A stretch of 64,000 nucleotides of DNA from Ignavibacteriota bacterium (GTDB taxonomy: Bacteria; Bacteroidota; Ignavibacteria; UBA10030; UBA6906), in NCBI GenBank assembly GCA_963808715.1, contig CAWEHG010000009.1, positions 8,257 through 72,256 of the forward strand, in the 5' to 3' direction. The stretch's first letter is position 1, and the number at the start of each line of letters is the position of its first letter. Below, piece by piece: positions 30,580-41,308 of the stretch. Made by a program: the position numbers and the translations under genes. Under the pieces are notes generated by a model that made no database searches, was not told the DNA's origin, and saw nothing but the letters and a program-made list of their open reading frames with translations.

Positions 30580-32389
30580 TCACGCTCCGTGATCGTGAGC
30601 TTCTGAAATCGAGGATCCGGCGTCGGCTTTCCATGGCGTATCTCGAGCTTCTCGCTTCCCGTGGCCGCCTTCAGGAACGGGCCATCGAACAGCGGCGTGG
30701 CGCTGAGGTCGACCGCTTGCCGTTCAACGATTCGCCTGTCGGGAAACGCGAATGCCAGGGTGCCGTTCCCCAGCGACGCATACCTGACGGAAACCGCTCC
30801 GGGTTTCAGAACGCGCGAGGGCTTCCGGGTGCGCAGGGCGCCGCAGAAGCGGTCGAACGATCCCGCCTCCTCCCGCGACCGCACCTCGATGACGTACCCG
30901 TTCTGCAGGTGCCGGCTTCGCAACCGCCAGTTCCCGCTTCCTTGCTCCGGGGAAGGTCCTTCGGCCAGCCGACGGGGTCTTCTCCTGCCCCGGAGTGTCC
31001 TGCTCCTCCATCCACTCCCCCGCCGGCCAGGGGATACCAACCGACGTACGTGTCGCCCGCCTTGCAGAGGATCCAACCCGACGGATCGACGATACGCTCC
31101 TCGAGATTCCTCGGGAAGAACCCGTCGATATGTTCGGTCATGGTCCCGCCGGGGATGTCGTACAACACGAGCAGGGTGTTCTTCACCTGGAACGTCCGTT
31201 CGAACGGTGAGCCACCGGTCCATTTGTCCGGGTTGTTGTAGGTGCTCTTCGATGCGGTCACGTCCGCGATGAGCGGCTTGAGCTCCTCGGGGAAGAACAT
31301 CCCCAGCTCCCAGCTGGACCAGTATGGATGCAGCCCGAAGATCGTGGTGTAGGGCCGTCCGTAGAGGTAGCGGACGCTCCACGTATGTTGCTGGATCGGC
31401 TGCAGGATCCCTCCCTGGAGGGAACCGATCCCGTAATCCTTCGTCACATAGGTGTACTTGTAGACGGGAGGGTTCTTTTCGGAGCCGAACCGGATCACGT
31501 TGCGCACCCGTTTCCGCTCCCGGTGCACGAGGGGCCGAACGATCGAGGGCGATATCCAGAACGATCGCGGGGGACGATAATCGCTCAACGCGGGAGCAAG
31601 ACCCAGCCGCTTTGCGTGGGCTCTCCCGAACCGAAATAGAGATAGGCGAACGCCGAGGCACCCGAGAGGAGGGGTTTGAACACCGCGGGCTGGTAGATGC
31701 GGCTGAAGCCCCCGAGGTACTGACCGTCGAGGTGTTCCGCCCCGAAGTCGGCGAGGAGGTAGTCCATCATCATCGTCCCGCGCTTCTTCATCTCCGGATC
31801 GCGGGCGAACTGCGAGAGGAGCACCATCGAGATCGCGTATTCCGGAAAATAGTCGGGAGAATCGAACTCTCCCTGGCCGATCGTGGTCGTCACCTGCACC
31901 CAGTGGATGAGGTACTCGCGGGCGTCACGGAGGTTCTCGTCGGAGCTTTTGCCGTTGAACCATTCGCTCCCCGGCAGGCCGGGCCACTGTTCCGCTGCGA
32001 GGAATAGCGTGGCATAGTACATGGCCCAGTGGTTTTCCGTGTCGCCCCTGTACGGGGCGTAGGTCTTCCAGGCGTTGCGCACGGCGGCAGCCGTCGCGGC
32101 GGACATCTTCCCCTGTCCGTGCAGGAAGGTCCCATGACCGGGAACATCCAGAACATGTCCCGCGGGGTTCGCGCAGCAGGCCGACGAACATCGTGTCGGC
32201 TTCGGCGATGCGGACATCGTGCGCGTACCTGGCCGCCACCGTGTAAAAGCTCGGCGCCATGGCCGTGTCATACGCGGCCGCAATGTAGGCGGCCCTTACG
32301 GGATATTCCTGCAGGACGCGCTGCGGATCTTGGGAAAGAACCGTTCCCGCCGCGAGGAACGAGACGAGGAGGATCAGTGATGCCTTCAT
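30580..32389 (-). pseudogene. Secreted protein of unknown family (family P, copy 1), at least five frame breaks
   Basis: ATG 32389 (MKASLILLVSFLAAGTVLSQ). Paralogue of 34446-36222: RGDTENHWAMYYATLFLAAEQWPG, GQGEFDSPDYF, KRVRNVIRFG, GSLQGGILQPIQQHTW, FFPRNLEERIVDPSGW. Pieces lie in ORFs 31925..32539, 31585..32283, 30806..31588, 30724..31011 and 30252..31661. The end is inferred at TGA 30580-30582 by homology with copy 2 (..SER-stop). Confidence 0.55.
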
Positions 32390-32432
32390 GAACGACCTGT
32401 CAGACGGTAAGTGAAACTGTGCAGTGAGCTGT

Positions 32433-33428
32433 TCAGTGGATCTCGATATGCCAGACCTGGGCTCCGGCCTTGCCGACGTGGCGCCAGGTTTCCCCGGCGT
32501 CGTCGGTCCGGAAGATCCCGCCGCCGTGGGATGCCGCATACACGCGCCGGCTGTTGCGGGGATCGACCGCGAGCGAATGGAAGGTCAGATCGGTCAGCCC
32601 CAGGTTCACGCGTTTCCAGCGCCTCCCTCCATCCACCGACCGGTAGACTCCCGTGACATAGCCGGCGGCGTACACGGTGTCCGGTGCACCCGGGGCGAAC
32701 GCCACGGCATAGAAGGTCGTGTGGTCGACCCCGGCCTCCGATTTTTCCCACCAATCGCCGCCGTTGCGCGAGACGTAGATCCCGTTCTCCTCCGTGGCGG
32801 CGATGAGGACCCGCGGGTCGGACGGATGTTGCGCGATGGCCCGGACGCCGCGGACATGGAGGGCCATGCGCTCCCACGTGACCCCGCGGTCAAGGCTCCT
32901 GAACGCTCCGTCCTCGGCGGCACTGTACAGCCGGTCGGGAATCGCGGACATCCACCCGGACGCAGGAGGTGAATCCGCCCGCTCCGCCGGCGCTGAGATC
33001 CCGCCACGTGGCGCACCCGTCGCTCGTCCCGAAGACCCCGTACGGCGTGGCCGCATACACTACGTTCGGGTCACGAGGGTCGGGTTCCACCCAGAGGACC
33101 TCCGTCATTTTCCAGGTGGTGGTGATCCGCCAGCTCTTCCCGTTGTCGGTGGATCGGTGCACCCCATTCCGGCCGCGATATACAGGGCGGGTCCCGACTC
33201 CCCCGGCCCGAGGGCACAGCCGAACGCGCGGATGTTCTGCGGTCCCGTATGATCCCAGACCGTATCGGCGGATGGGTGCTGGAAGAAGATGCCGGTCTGC
33301 GGGTTGGGCGCCCCCACCACGAACAACTTTGTGGCGACGACCGATACGTAGACCGTGGACTCCTGGGCTGCCGCCGTACCGGCGGCGCCGATCAGGACCA
33401 CTGCAGCGATGAAGCGGTAGAGGCTCAT
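32433..33428 (-). CDS. Asp-box (BNR) beta-propeller protein 1, Sec signal, two frameshifts
   Basis: ATG 33428 overlaps the upstream TGA. MSLYRFIAAVVLIGAAGTAAAQ. STDNGKSW, TSDGCATW, SLDRGVTW, SVDGGRRW, TDDAGETW. Pieces in ORFs 33105..33740, 32890..33462 and 32433..33056, with breaks near 33175 and 32950. Confidence 0.6.
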
Positions 33429-34449
33429 GGGTAGTATTCGATCTGTTTGACGATCGCGCCACGGAGCCCGGCGAACTTCCACCGCACCCCGTGATCCGTG
33501 GATTCGTACACGCCGGAGGCGTGGGTCCCGATCACCAGATGGTTCCTGTCCGCGGGATCGATGGAGATCGCCGTGATGGCCTCGCACTCCACCGTGAACG
33601 GCACCCGCGTCCAGCGTTCCCCCCTGTCGATGCTCCGCCACAACCCGGTGCCGTATCCCCCCGCATACACCTCGCTCGCATCCGCGGAGAATCGTATCGC
33701 ATAGACGGGGTCCCGCCCGAGATCGTGGACGGGGTCCCATGTCCGACCCCCATCAGTGCTCCTCCGCACCCCATCCTCTTCCGATCCGAGGAGCATCGTA
33801 CGAGGATCAAGGGGATCCTGGGCGAAGGCGACCGGGAGCGAGACGCCGCTCCGGAGGGGAACCCACGTCTCCGCGCCGTCAGTCGACCGGTAGACGTCAT
33901 CCTCCACCAGCGCGTAGAGCGTCTTCCGGTCCGCCGGATCGAGGAGCAGACGCTGCACATACCACTTCGCGAAGCCTGCGTTCCGCTGCACCCAGGTTTC
34001 TCCGCCGTCCGTGCTCCTGAAGACGCCGAACGGCGTCGCTGCGAAGATCCTCCTCGAATCGCCCGGATCCGGCACGACGGCCAGGATCTCCTCGGTCCTC
34101 CATCCCGTGAGCACCTTCCAGGTCAGGCCGAGGTCCGTCGAGCGGTGCACCCCGTTGCCGCCCGCAAGGTAGAGCAGCCCATGCGGGCCGTGTGCAGTGT
34201 AGCCGAGGCCGAAACAGATGGCATTCGACCGGTTCAGCTTCGTCCAGGCCGTGTCGTGGCCGTCGCGGACGAACCCGCCGTAGGTCCCGCGGTTGCTTCC
34301 CGCGACGGAACCGCGGACCAGGAAGACCGCCGCATACATTCGCGGGCCTTCGGCCGCGTCTCCGGGCCCGCCCCGAAGACGAACGGGGAGGAGAACAGGA
34401 GCAGAAGAACCGCACCGGTGATCCTGTCTCCGAGCCGACTGTCCATCAT
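33425..34449 (-). CDS. Asp-box (BNR) beta-propeller protein 2, one frameshift in the leader region
   Basis: Track ORF 33425..34339 (STDLGLTW, STDGGETW, STDGAETW, STDGGRTW, SIDRGERW, STDHGVRW). A signal-like N-terminus MMDSRLGDRITGAVLLLLFSSPFVFGAG starts at ATG 34449 (overlapping the family-P copy 2 stop) and joins near 34365. Alternative start ATG 34339 gives no signal peptide. Confidence 0.7.
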
Positions 34450-36222
34450 CGCTCCGACACCACCCCCCTGGCGAAGTCGAGCACCCGGGTCCTTCCCCTC
34501 GCGGTCAGCGTGATGATCCCGGTCCCGATCTCTCCGTTCACGAACGGTCCATGGTACAGGCCATACCCTGCGAACGAGTGGGGTTTCCCGTCCAGGGTCC
34601 GTGTCCCATCCCATCGAAACTCCATCACCTTGCCGTCGGCCGTCACGAACCTGACGGAAGGGGTTTTGGTCCCCATGGCCACTCGCGGGGTTCGCTTCCT
34701 GAGAGAGGCCTGGAATTCGGCGCCACCCCTCCGATCCGCCGGCCGCCTCGACCACGAATCCGCTGCGGCCCGACGGCGTCCGGAGCCGGAAGTTCACCGC
34801 CTCTTCGATCCAGTTCCCCGCGACGGTCGGGTAGAGCCCCACCATCGTCTTTCCCGACCGGCAGAAGATCCACCCGGAAGGATCGACGATCCGTTCGTCC
34901 AGATTCTTCGGGAAGAACCCGTCAGTGTGCTGCTGTACGGTCCCCGGAGGGATATCATAGAGCACGATCAGCGAACCTCTGTGCTGGTAGACCTGCTCGT
35001 AGGGAGACGAGGAGTTCCACTTGTCCGGACTCGTATAGACCTTGTGATACCGGTCGACCTCTCCGGCAAGGAACTGCTGCTCTTCCGGGAAGAACATGGC
35101 CAGCTCACGGCCGGACGCGAACGGATGCAGGGTAAAGATCGTGTTGTTCGGTTTCGGCGAGAGAAACGTGACGTCCCACGTGTGTTGCTGGATGGGCTGC
35201 AGAATGCCTCCCTGCAGCGAACCGATGACGAAATCCGGTGTCATGTACGCGTACTTGTAGACGGGCGGATTCCGGACCTCGCCGAACCGTATGACATTGC
35301 GGACCCGTTTGGTTTCCGTATGCACATAGGGTTTCGAGCGGTCGGTCGCGATGGCATAGACCACCGGGGGGACCCGATAGGTCGAGAGGGCGCCGAGCGC
35401 CGCTTCCCACGACCCCCGGTGGCGCGGCCGGTACCGGAGTTCAGACCACGGTTCGAACCGGGGTTCGCCGAAAAAGAGCCACGCCCACATCGTCGCCGGC
35501 GCGGAGAGGGGGTTGATCATGTCGTCGGGGTAGTCCCGGCTGTGTCCTCCTCCGTAGTTCCCACCCAGATGTTCCGCCCCGAAATCGGCCAGCAGCAGAT
35601 CGACCATCATGCCGGCGCGCCGTTTCATCTCCGGATCCGTGGCGAACTCCTGCAGGACGAGCATCGGGCCAAGGAATACCGTGAAGTAGGTGGGCGAGTC
35701 GAATTCCCCCTGCCCGCGCGTGGTCGTGATCTTCATCCATTCGCGCAACCACTCCGCCCCGTCGCGGAAATTCTCTTCCGAGCTCCGCCCGTTGAACCAT
35801 CGGTCACCGGGCTCACCGGGCCAGGTCTGCGCGGCGAGGTAGAGCCCGGTATGGTACATCACCCAGTGGTTCTCCGTATCGCCCCGGTACATCGTGCGGA
35901 CGCGGAACGCCTCGCGGATCTTCCGGTGAAGAGAATCGGGCAGAACCGCTCGGCAGTGGAGATAGGTGCCGATCAGCTCGTAGGCGTAGAACATCCCGCC
36001 GATCGCCTTGTCGCGCGTCAGCGAATCGATCATCGCGTAGGCCACCGGAAGTTCGCGCCCGAGGCGGATGCGCGCCGCCGCGGTGAAGAAACTCGTGTCC
36101 GGTTCCGACGCCGCCACCTCCAGAAGCCGTCGGGCGCGGGTCTCGTAGGCGGAGTCCTGCGCTTCAGGCGCCGCAACTCCGCCGGACAGCAGGACGATAC
36201 ACATCGTGAGGAACGCGATCAT
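34446..36222 (-). CDS. Secreted protein of unknown family (family P, copy 2), one homopolymer frameshift
   Basis: ATG 36222 (MIAFLTMCIVLLSGGVAAPEAQ). About 500 aa are continuous in ORF 34234..36348. The tail (VAMGTKTPSVRFVTADGKVMEFRWDG..VLDFARGVVSER) is in ORF 34446..34682. The join lies in the C4 run 34726-34729 (..EAAGGSEGGAEFQASLRKRTPRV..). Confidence 0.65.
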
Positions 36223-36259
36223 ACTCCTCCACAGTGACAGATGCCAGGAACGAAACGTT

Positions 36260-37261
36260 TCACGGTTGGCGGTGCGCCCCGGAGGAAAGAGAGAGGCCCC
36301 AGACCTGTGCGTCCTCCTGGCTGGACCAGATCCAGCTCTTCCCTCCATCCTCGCTCCTGAAGAGCCCCCCGTTCAGGGTTCCCGCGTAGACCACGCCCGG
36401 GTGCTGCCGGCTGACCACCAGCGCGTGGACGTCGCGGTTCGTCAGTCCCTCCGTACGCTGCTTCCAGCTCTTCCCCCCGTCGTCCGACCTGTAGACCCCT
36501 CCGCCATGGGTCCCGACGAAGATCACGCCCGCCAGGTCGACGGCGATCGCATAGACGGTATGGTGCTCGAGTCCGGAGGACGACCGGGTCCAGGACCTTC
36601 CGGCGTCCCTGGAGACCAGGACGCCGTGCTCCTCGGTCCCCGCGAGGAACACCTTCGGGAGCAGTGGATGCTGCACCAGAACCCGGATGCCACTCTCTCG
36701 GGCTCCGGCAAGACTCCATGATCCGCCGCCATCGACGGATCTGTATATCCCGTGTTCCGATGCCGCCAGGACGTGATTCCCGTTCGACCGGTCCACGCAA
36801 ACGTCGCTGACGAATCCGCCGGCGATGCTCTTCCCCACCTGCTGCCAGGTGACCCCGAGATCGGTCGAGCGCACTACCCCGTAGGCGCTGGCGCCGAAGA
36901 CACGCGAGGGGTGAGTCGGGTCGGTCTTCACCTTCAGCACCTCCGTCACCCGCCAGTCCGTGGTGACCCTCCATGTGGCTCCGCGGTCCGTCGACCGGAG
37001 GATCCCGTTTCCGCATGCCGACCAGAGCGTTCCGTCGGTCCCGGCCTCCGAGTAGAACACCCGTATGTATTCCCGCCAGCCCCGGTGGTTCCAGGTGGCT
37101 CCGCCGTCGGTGGACACGAACAGTCCCACCACGGGATTCTCCGTGCTTCCCAGCCGGTGCTTTCGGGAATTGAGGATCGACATGTAGAGCGTATCGACCT
37201 GCGCGGCTGCCAGCAGCGGCTGCACGAGAACCGCCATCGCCAGCATCCACCTCCGGAACAT
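36260..37261 (-). CDS. Asp-box (BNR) beta-propeller protein 3, Sec signal, intact
   Basis: ATG 37261 (MFRRWMLAMAVLVQPLLAAAQ) inside track ORF 36260..37345. STDGGATW, STDRGATW, STDLGVTW, SVDGGGSW, SRDAGRSW, SDDGGKSW, SEDGGKSW. Confidence 0.8.
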   Translation of the reverse strand: MFRRWMLAMAVLVQPLLAAAQVDTLYMSILNSRKHRLGSTENPVVGLFVSTDGGATWNHRGWREYIRVFYSEAGTDGTLWSACGNGILRSTDRGATWRVTTDWRVTEVLKVKTDPTHPSRVFGASAYGVVRSTDLGVTWQQVGKSIAGGFVSDVCVDRSNGNHVLAASEHGIYRSVDGGGSWSLAGARESGIRVLVQHPLLPKVFLAGTEEHGVLVSRDAGRSWTRSSSGLEHHTVYAIAVDLAGVIFVGTHGGGVYRSDDGGKSWKQRTEGLTNRDVHALVVSRQHPGVVYAGTLNGGLFRSEDGGKSWIWSSQEDAQVWGLSLSSGAHRQP

Positions 37262-37277
37262 CGTCCGGCACGTCAGA

Positions 37278-39651
37278 CTACTTGATCGCAACGGGAATCC
37301 CTCCTTGTAGCTGCTCGCGGCCGAATGAGCCGACCATCGTACCATTCACGCGGACGTCATACGCTCCGGGATCCACGCCCCTGAATCTGAGCATGATCGA
37401 GCGCGGGGTCGCAACATTGTCCGCGAGCATGACCGACACGCTGCGTCCTTCCGCCCGGACTTCCGTGATCCGGCACCCGTCAATCCCCACTCCCCACGCC
37501 CCCGCCACGTCGACGAGCGCGTCACCGTATCGTGCCCGGAGCATTCCCAGCGAGACCGCCGAGCTGCCGGTCCCCCAGTGGATCCCGGTCACACCGCCCA
37601 ACCGGTCAATTGCGCTGTGAGCGTAGTTCTCGCCGGTGCGCGGCGACTCCGCAGATTCGAACAGGGAGAACATCGCCCTGGCTGCGGCCACCGAACGTTC
37701 CAGGTATTCGCGTTCCCCGGTGAGTTCAAAATAGTCCGAGAGCGTCATCGCGAAATATCCCTGCCGGGCGTCGCTCCATTCTCCGTCGGTGTTCTGCACG
37801 CCGAAACCGCCGAACAGCGCCCGGGAGAGCCACGCCGGACTCCAGACCTGCTGATAGAGGAGCAGGTAGTCGAGAATGGCTGTGCCGAGATCACGGTACA
37901 ACCTTTCGCCCGTCACCCGCGCCAGAAGTGCGCATGCAGCCGCGGCCTGGTCCATCACGAGGGTGTTCTGTGCGTACTGTCGGGTGAAGGGATCATGGAA
38001 GCCCGGTGCCTTGCGCGAACAGGAAAAGAACGTCTCAAAATCGAACCATTTCCGCTGCGGGATCACCTCCGCACGCAGATACCCCACGGCACGTTCGGCG
38101 GCCTCCAGGATCGCCGGCTCGCGAGACCGTTCGTACCAGGCCGCCAGGAAAAGGGCTGCACCGGCCACCTCCGCGCTGCCGGTCCTGAACGTGTCCGCCG
38201 GCTGCAACGTCCCCGGCTCGAACCACGAAGGGAAGCCACCCCCGGCGGACTGGCGGCTCAGGAGGAACCGCGCAAAAGCCCCGCATCTCGAGTGGATCCT
38301 CTCCCGTTGCTCCGGGACGAGGTCCGCCCACTGAAGGAGCCAGTAGTTGTTCCAGGCGTTGTTGAAGGTTGAATAGCACCGCCCATCGCGGATCCCTCCC
38401 CAGCCCTGGTCACCGACCCAGTGGCCACCCGTGCTGTCGATATAGAAGATCGACGGACCGATCCCCTGCTCCTGCGGGGCCGCCAGCGCGAGGTTCAGCA
38501 CCCGCACCGCACGGGCGGTCTTCGTGCTGTCGCCCGTCCCGGCACCATACCGGTACCATCCGTACGCCGTTCGCAGTGCGTTGAACCAGACGGTGAACCA
38601 GCAGTCATTGTTCGCCGAGAGAGGGAGTTCATTGCTCCAGCTCAGCCGGCCCTGCCGCAACAGGGTCACCGGGATCCCGTCGAGCACCGTATCCAGTGCT
38701 ACCTGTGCCGCATAGTCGGTCCACGCCTTCCGCTCGAACTCACGGAAGGGGACCCGCTGCGGTCCCCCGTCTCCGAGGAAGTTCTTCCTTCCGGTGCGAT
38801 CCCAATGGAACCGGACCACCGGGCGGTATCCCTCACCTGCGGTGGCCTGACAGTCGACAAAGACGTAGTACCCGTACCAGAACCGGCTTTTGTAGAACTG
38901 CGTCGTCATCTTGTCCGAGTGCGTATAGAACACATGGGACCGTTGACGCCAGTTCATCGCTCCATACGACACCATCGGCCCGGGTTCGGCTCCCACCTGC
39001 AGATCAGCGCAGGTCTGGATGCTCCTCCATGGAACGATCCGTTCGACCGCGGGAACGAGCGCCGCCACGACCGTTCCCCGCTGGATGATCACGGCAGGCG
39101 ACCGGAAGGTGTGGTCGGCGATCACGTCGTCCGGATCGGGCCGCAGCTGGGGGGTCCAGGTCAGGTCCGGCCGGACCTTCCGTTTCCCGTCGGGGACGAA
39201 CGAACAGGTCGAGAGGAGCGAACTGACCTCCGAGAGCCCCTCCACCGCGTCATAGATCTCGACCCGGACGAAGGGGTCACCCTGTTCCATGGTGACCGTC
39301 TTGGTCACCCGGTGAACCCCGGCGCTCCCCTGCAGCCGCACGGAGATGCGTGTCCCGGTCGTTTCCGCCACGCTGATGGATGGTGAGGCGGATCGCGGTC
39401 GCGCGGCCGTCCGCCTTCAACGTCAGGTCTGCCCGTTTCTTCGAACCGGCCTCCAGGACCAGCCGCCAGCGGTCGCCCAGAGACCAGTAGGTCTCCGCAT
39501 ACCCATTCGGTCCGCGGGCGAAGCGGACACGGACGGCCTCATTCTCCAGGATCCACACCCCCCCGCTTTCGCGGCGGAGCGTCACGCCGGCGGCCGCCGT
39601 GTGGAACGCCGCCGCCAGCAGGAACATGACCGGAAGGATCGCCCACCTCAT
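37278..39651 (-). CDS. Secreted ~790-aa protein of unknown function (beta-sandwich N-terminus + six-hairpin-like body?), one frameshift
   Basis: MRWAILPVMFLLAAAFHTAAAG at 39651 (ORF 39277..39651) joins ORF 37278..39371 near 39370 (..ATAIRLTIH/SVAETTGTRISVRLQ..). The remaining 697 aa are intact. Trp/Gly-rich blocks GGHWVGDQGWGGIRDG, FNNAWNNYWLLQW, GGGFPSWFEPG. No family recognised. Confidence 0.6.
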
Positions 39652-39679
39652 CCCGCCTCTCCGTCCGTGGCCGTCGGGC

Positions 39680-41306
39680 TCACCACCGCACCCGCCTGAG
39701 GATCCGCCGCATGTTCAGCCCGAACATCTTCTTCTTTTCTTCCAGCGAGCAGTGGCTGTACGCCATCCACCCGAACTGCGGGATGGGATCGCGCATCGGC
39801 TGATCGCTCCCGAAGAGGACCCGGTCCGCGCCCACATGCTCGACCATGAATTCGATCACGCGGTAGGTCACCGCGGTGAGGGTGATCTCCAGCGACACGT
39901 TCGGGTTCTTGAGGGCGATGTCGATCCCCTTCCGCGCGTCGGTGAACGACCCTCCGGTGTGGGCCATGATGAACCAGATGTTGGGGAACCTCGGTGCGAG
40001 GTCGTTCATCTCCCGCACCACGTCGTCGGAGGGATGGATCAGGCAATACGCATGCATCCGGTTCCCGTATTCGTACCAGGGGAACCAGACCGGGTCGTTG
40101 TACGGAATGAAGGTTCTCGGGTAGTACGGCTTCATGCCGCCCATGCGCCAGCTCTTGTGGACCTTCCGGAGTTCGCGCGGCCAGTCCTTCACGTACTGCG
40201 GCGACAGCGATGCATACCCGTGGTAGAAACCAGGGTACTGCTTCATGGCCCGGTGGGTGATCTCGTTCCCGGGATCGGAGTCGGTCCAGATCGCCAGGAA
40301 GCTGCTGATGCACATCGCGTCGATCCCCATCAGCTTCGCCCTCTCCTTCATGGAGGCGCCGTCGGAATCCGGACAGTGGATGAATCCGGTCCCCTCCCCC
40401 TTCTCGTGGTTGATGTGGGCGTGCGAATCGATCACGAGGACGTCGTCGAGCGGTTTCCCCTGTCGGACCTTCTTCACGATGGCGTCGCCCCCGGCGGCAG
40501 ACGCGCGGTACGGTGCGGGGAGCCGTTCCAGCTTGAGCAGCCGGGCAACGTTGCCGGCGGCGATCCGCTGCTTCTGCTCTTCGGAGATCGTGCTGTAGTC
40601 CACGAACGCCTTGGCCGCGCCGGGTGATTTTTCCAGGGCACCGGTCCCGAAGAGGATCCGGTCCACGCCGAACCACTCCACAAAGTGTTCGACCGCACGG
40701 TTCCCCTGGTGGGCCGAGAGTTCCAGGTGGAGGTTCCGGTGCTTCGTCATGAGCCAGTGGAGATGCCGCGTGGCATCCCAGCGGGCCCCCTGCAGGACCA
40801 CGTTCAGCGCCGGGTAACGGCCGAGGATCACATCCAGATCCGCGACCAGCACCTGGTTCGAAGGTTCAAAGATATCCGGGCCGTAGAGGTGTCCTCCCTC
40901 GAGAAGGAGCGGGATCTCGTTCCGCTGGAGGGCGCGGAGCAGCTCACCGCAGACGTCGACGTTGAACGGATAGCGGTGAGAGCGCGGATACATCTTCACC
41001 GCCCGGATGTTGTTGTCCCGCAGCTCCTGGACGAGATCTTCCGGGGGAGCCATCTCGCGCGTATGGTGGGGCATGACGGCCCACACGCCGTAGAGCCGCT
41101 TCTGGTCGCGGATCTCCCGGCTCAGCATCCGGTTCCCGTACATGGGGTCGTACTCGCGCGAGGCCGCGTGGGCCACGAGCGCGCCGTGGATCCCGCACCA
41201 TTCCATCTCGGCAGACGAGGTCTGCGGTCTCGTAGCGGGCTTCGGGGTCTTTGGGTCCGCGTTTCCCGACCGTGGCGAAACAATCGATGAAGGTCCGTTG
41301 AGTCAT
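39680..41306 (-). CDS. Tandem-domain amidohydrolase-2 (metal-dependent TIM-barrel hydrolase) protein, one frameshift near the start
   Basis: Track ORF 39680..41206 plus N-terminus MTQRTFIDCFATVGKRGPKDPEARYETADLV from ATG 41306 (join near 41215). The second half carries VLVIDSHAHI (HxH). Both halves end in a ..G(V/A)DR(I/V)LFG(T/S)..EE(Q/K)K.. pattern. Confidence 0.7.
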
Positions 41307-41308
41307 GG

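Noticed and set aside
24564-34760. Programmed ribosomal frameshifting as the explanation for split genes
   Set aside because: The events are far too numerous and occur in unrelated genes in both +1 and -1 directions. I saw no conserved slippery heptamers or downstream structures, and at least two sit in simple homopolymers.
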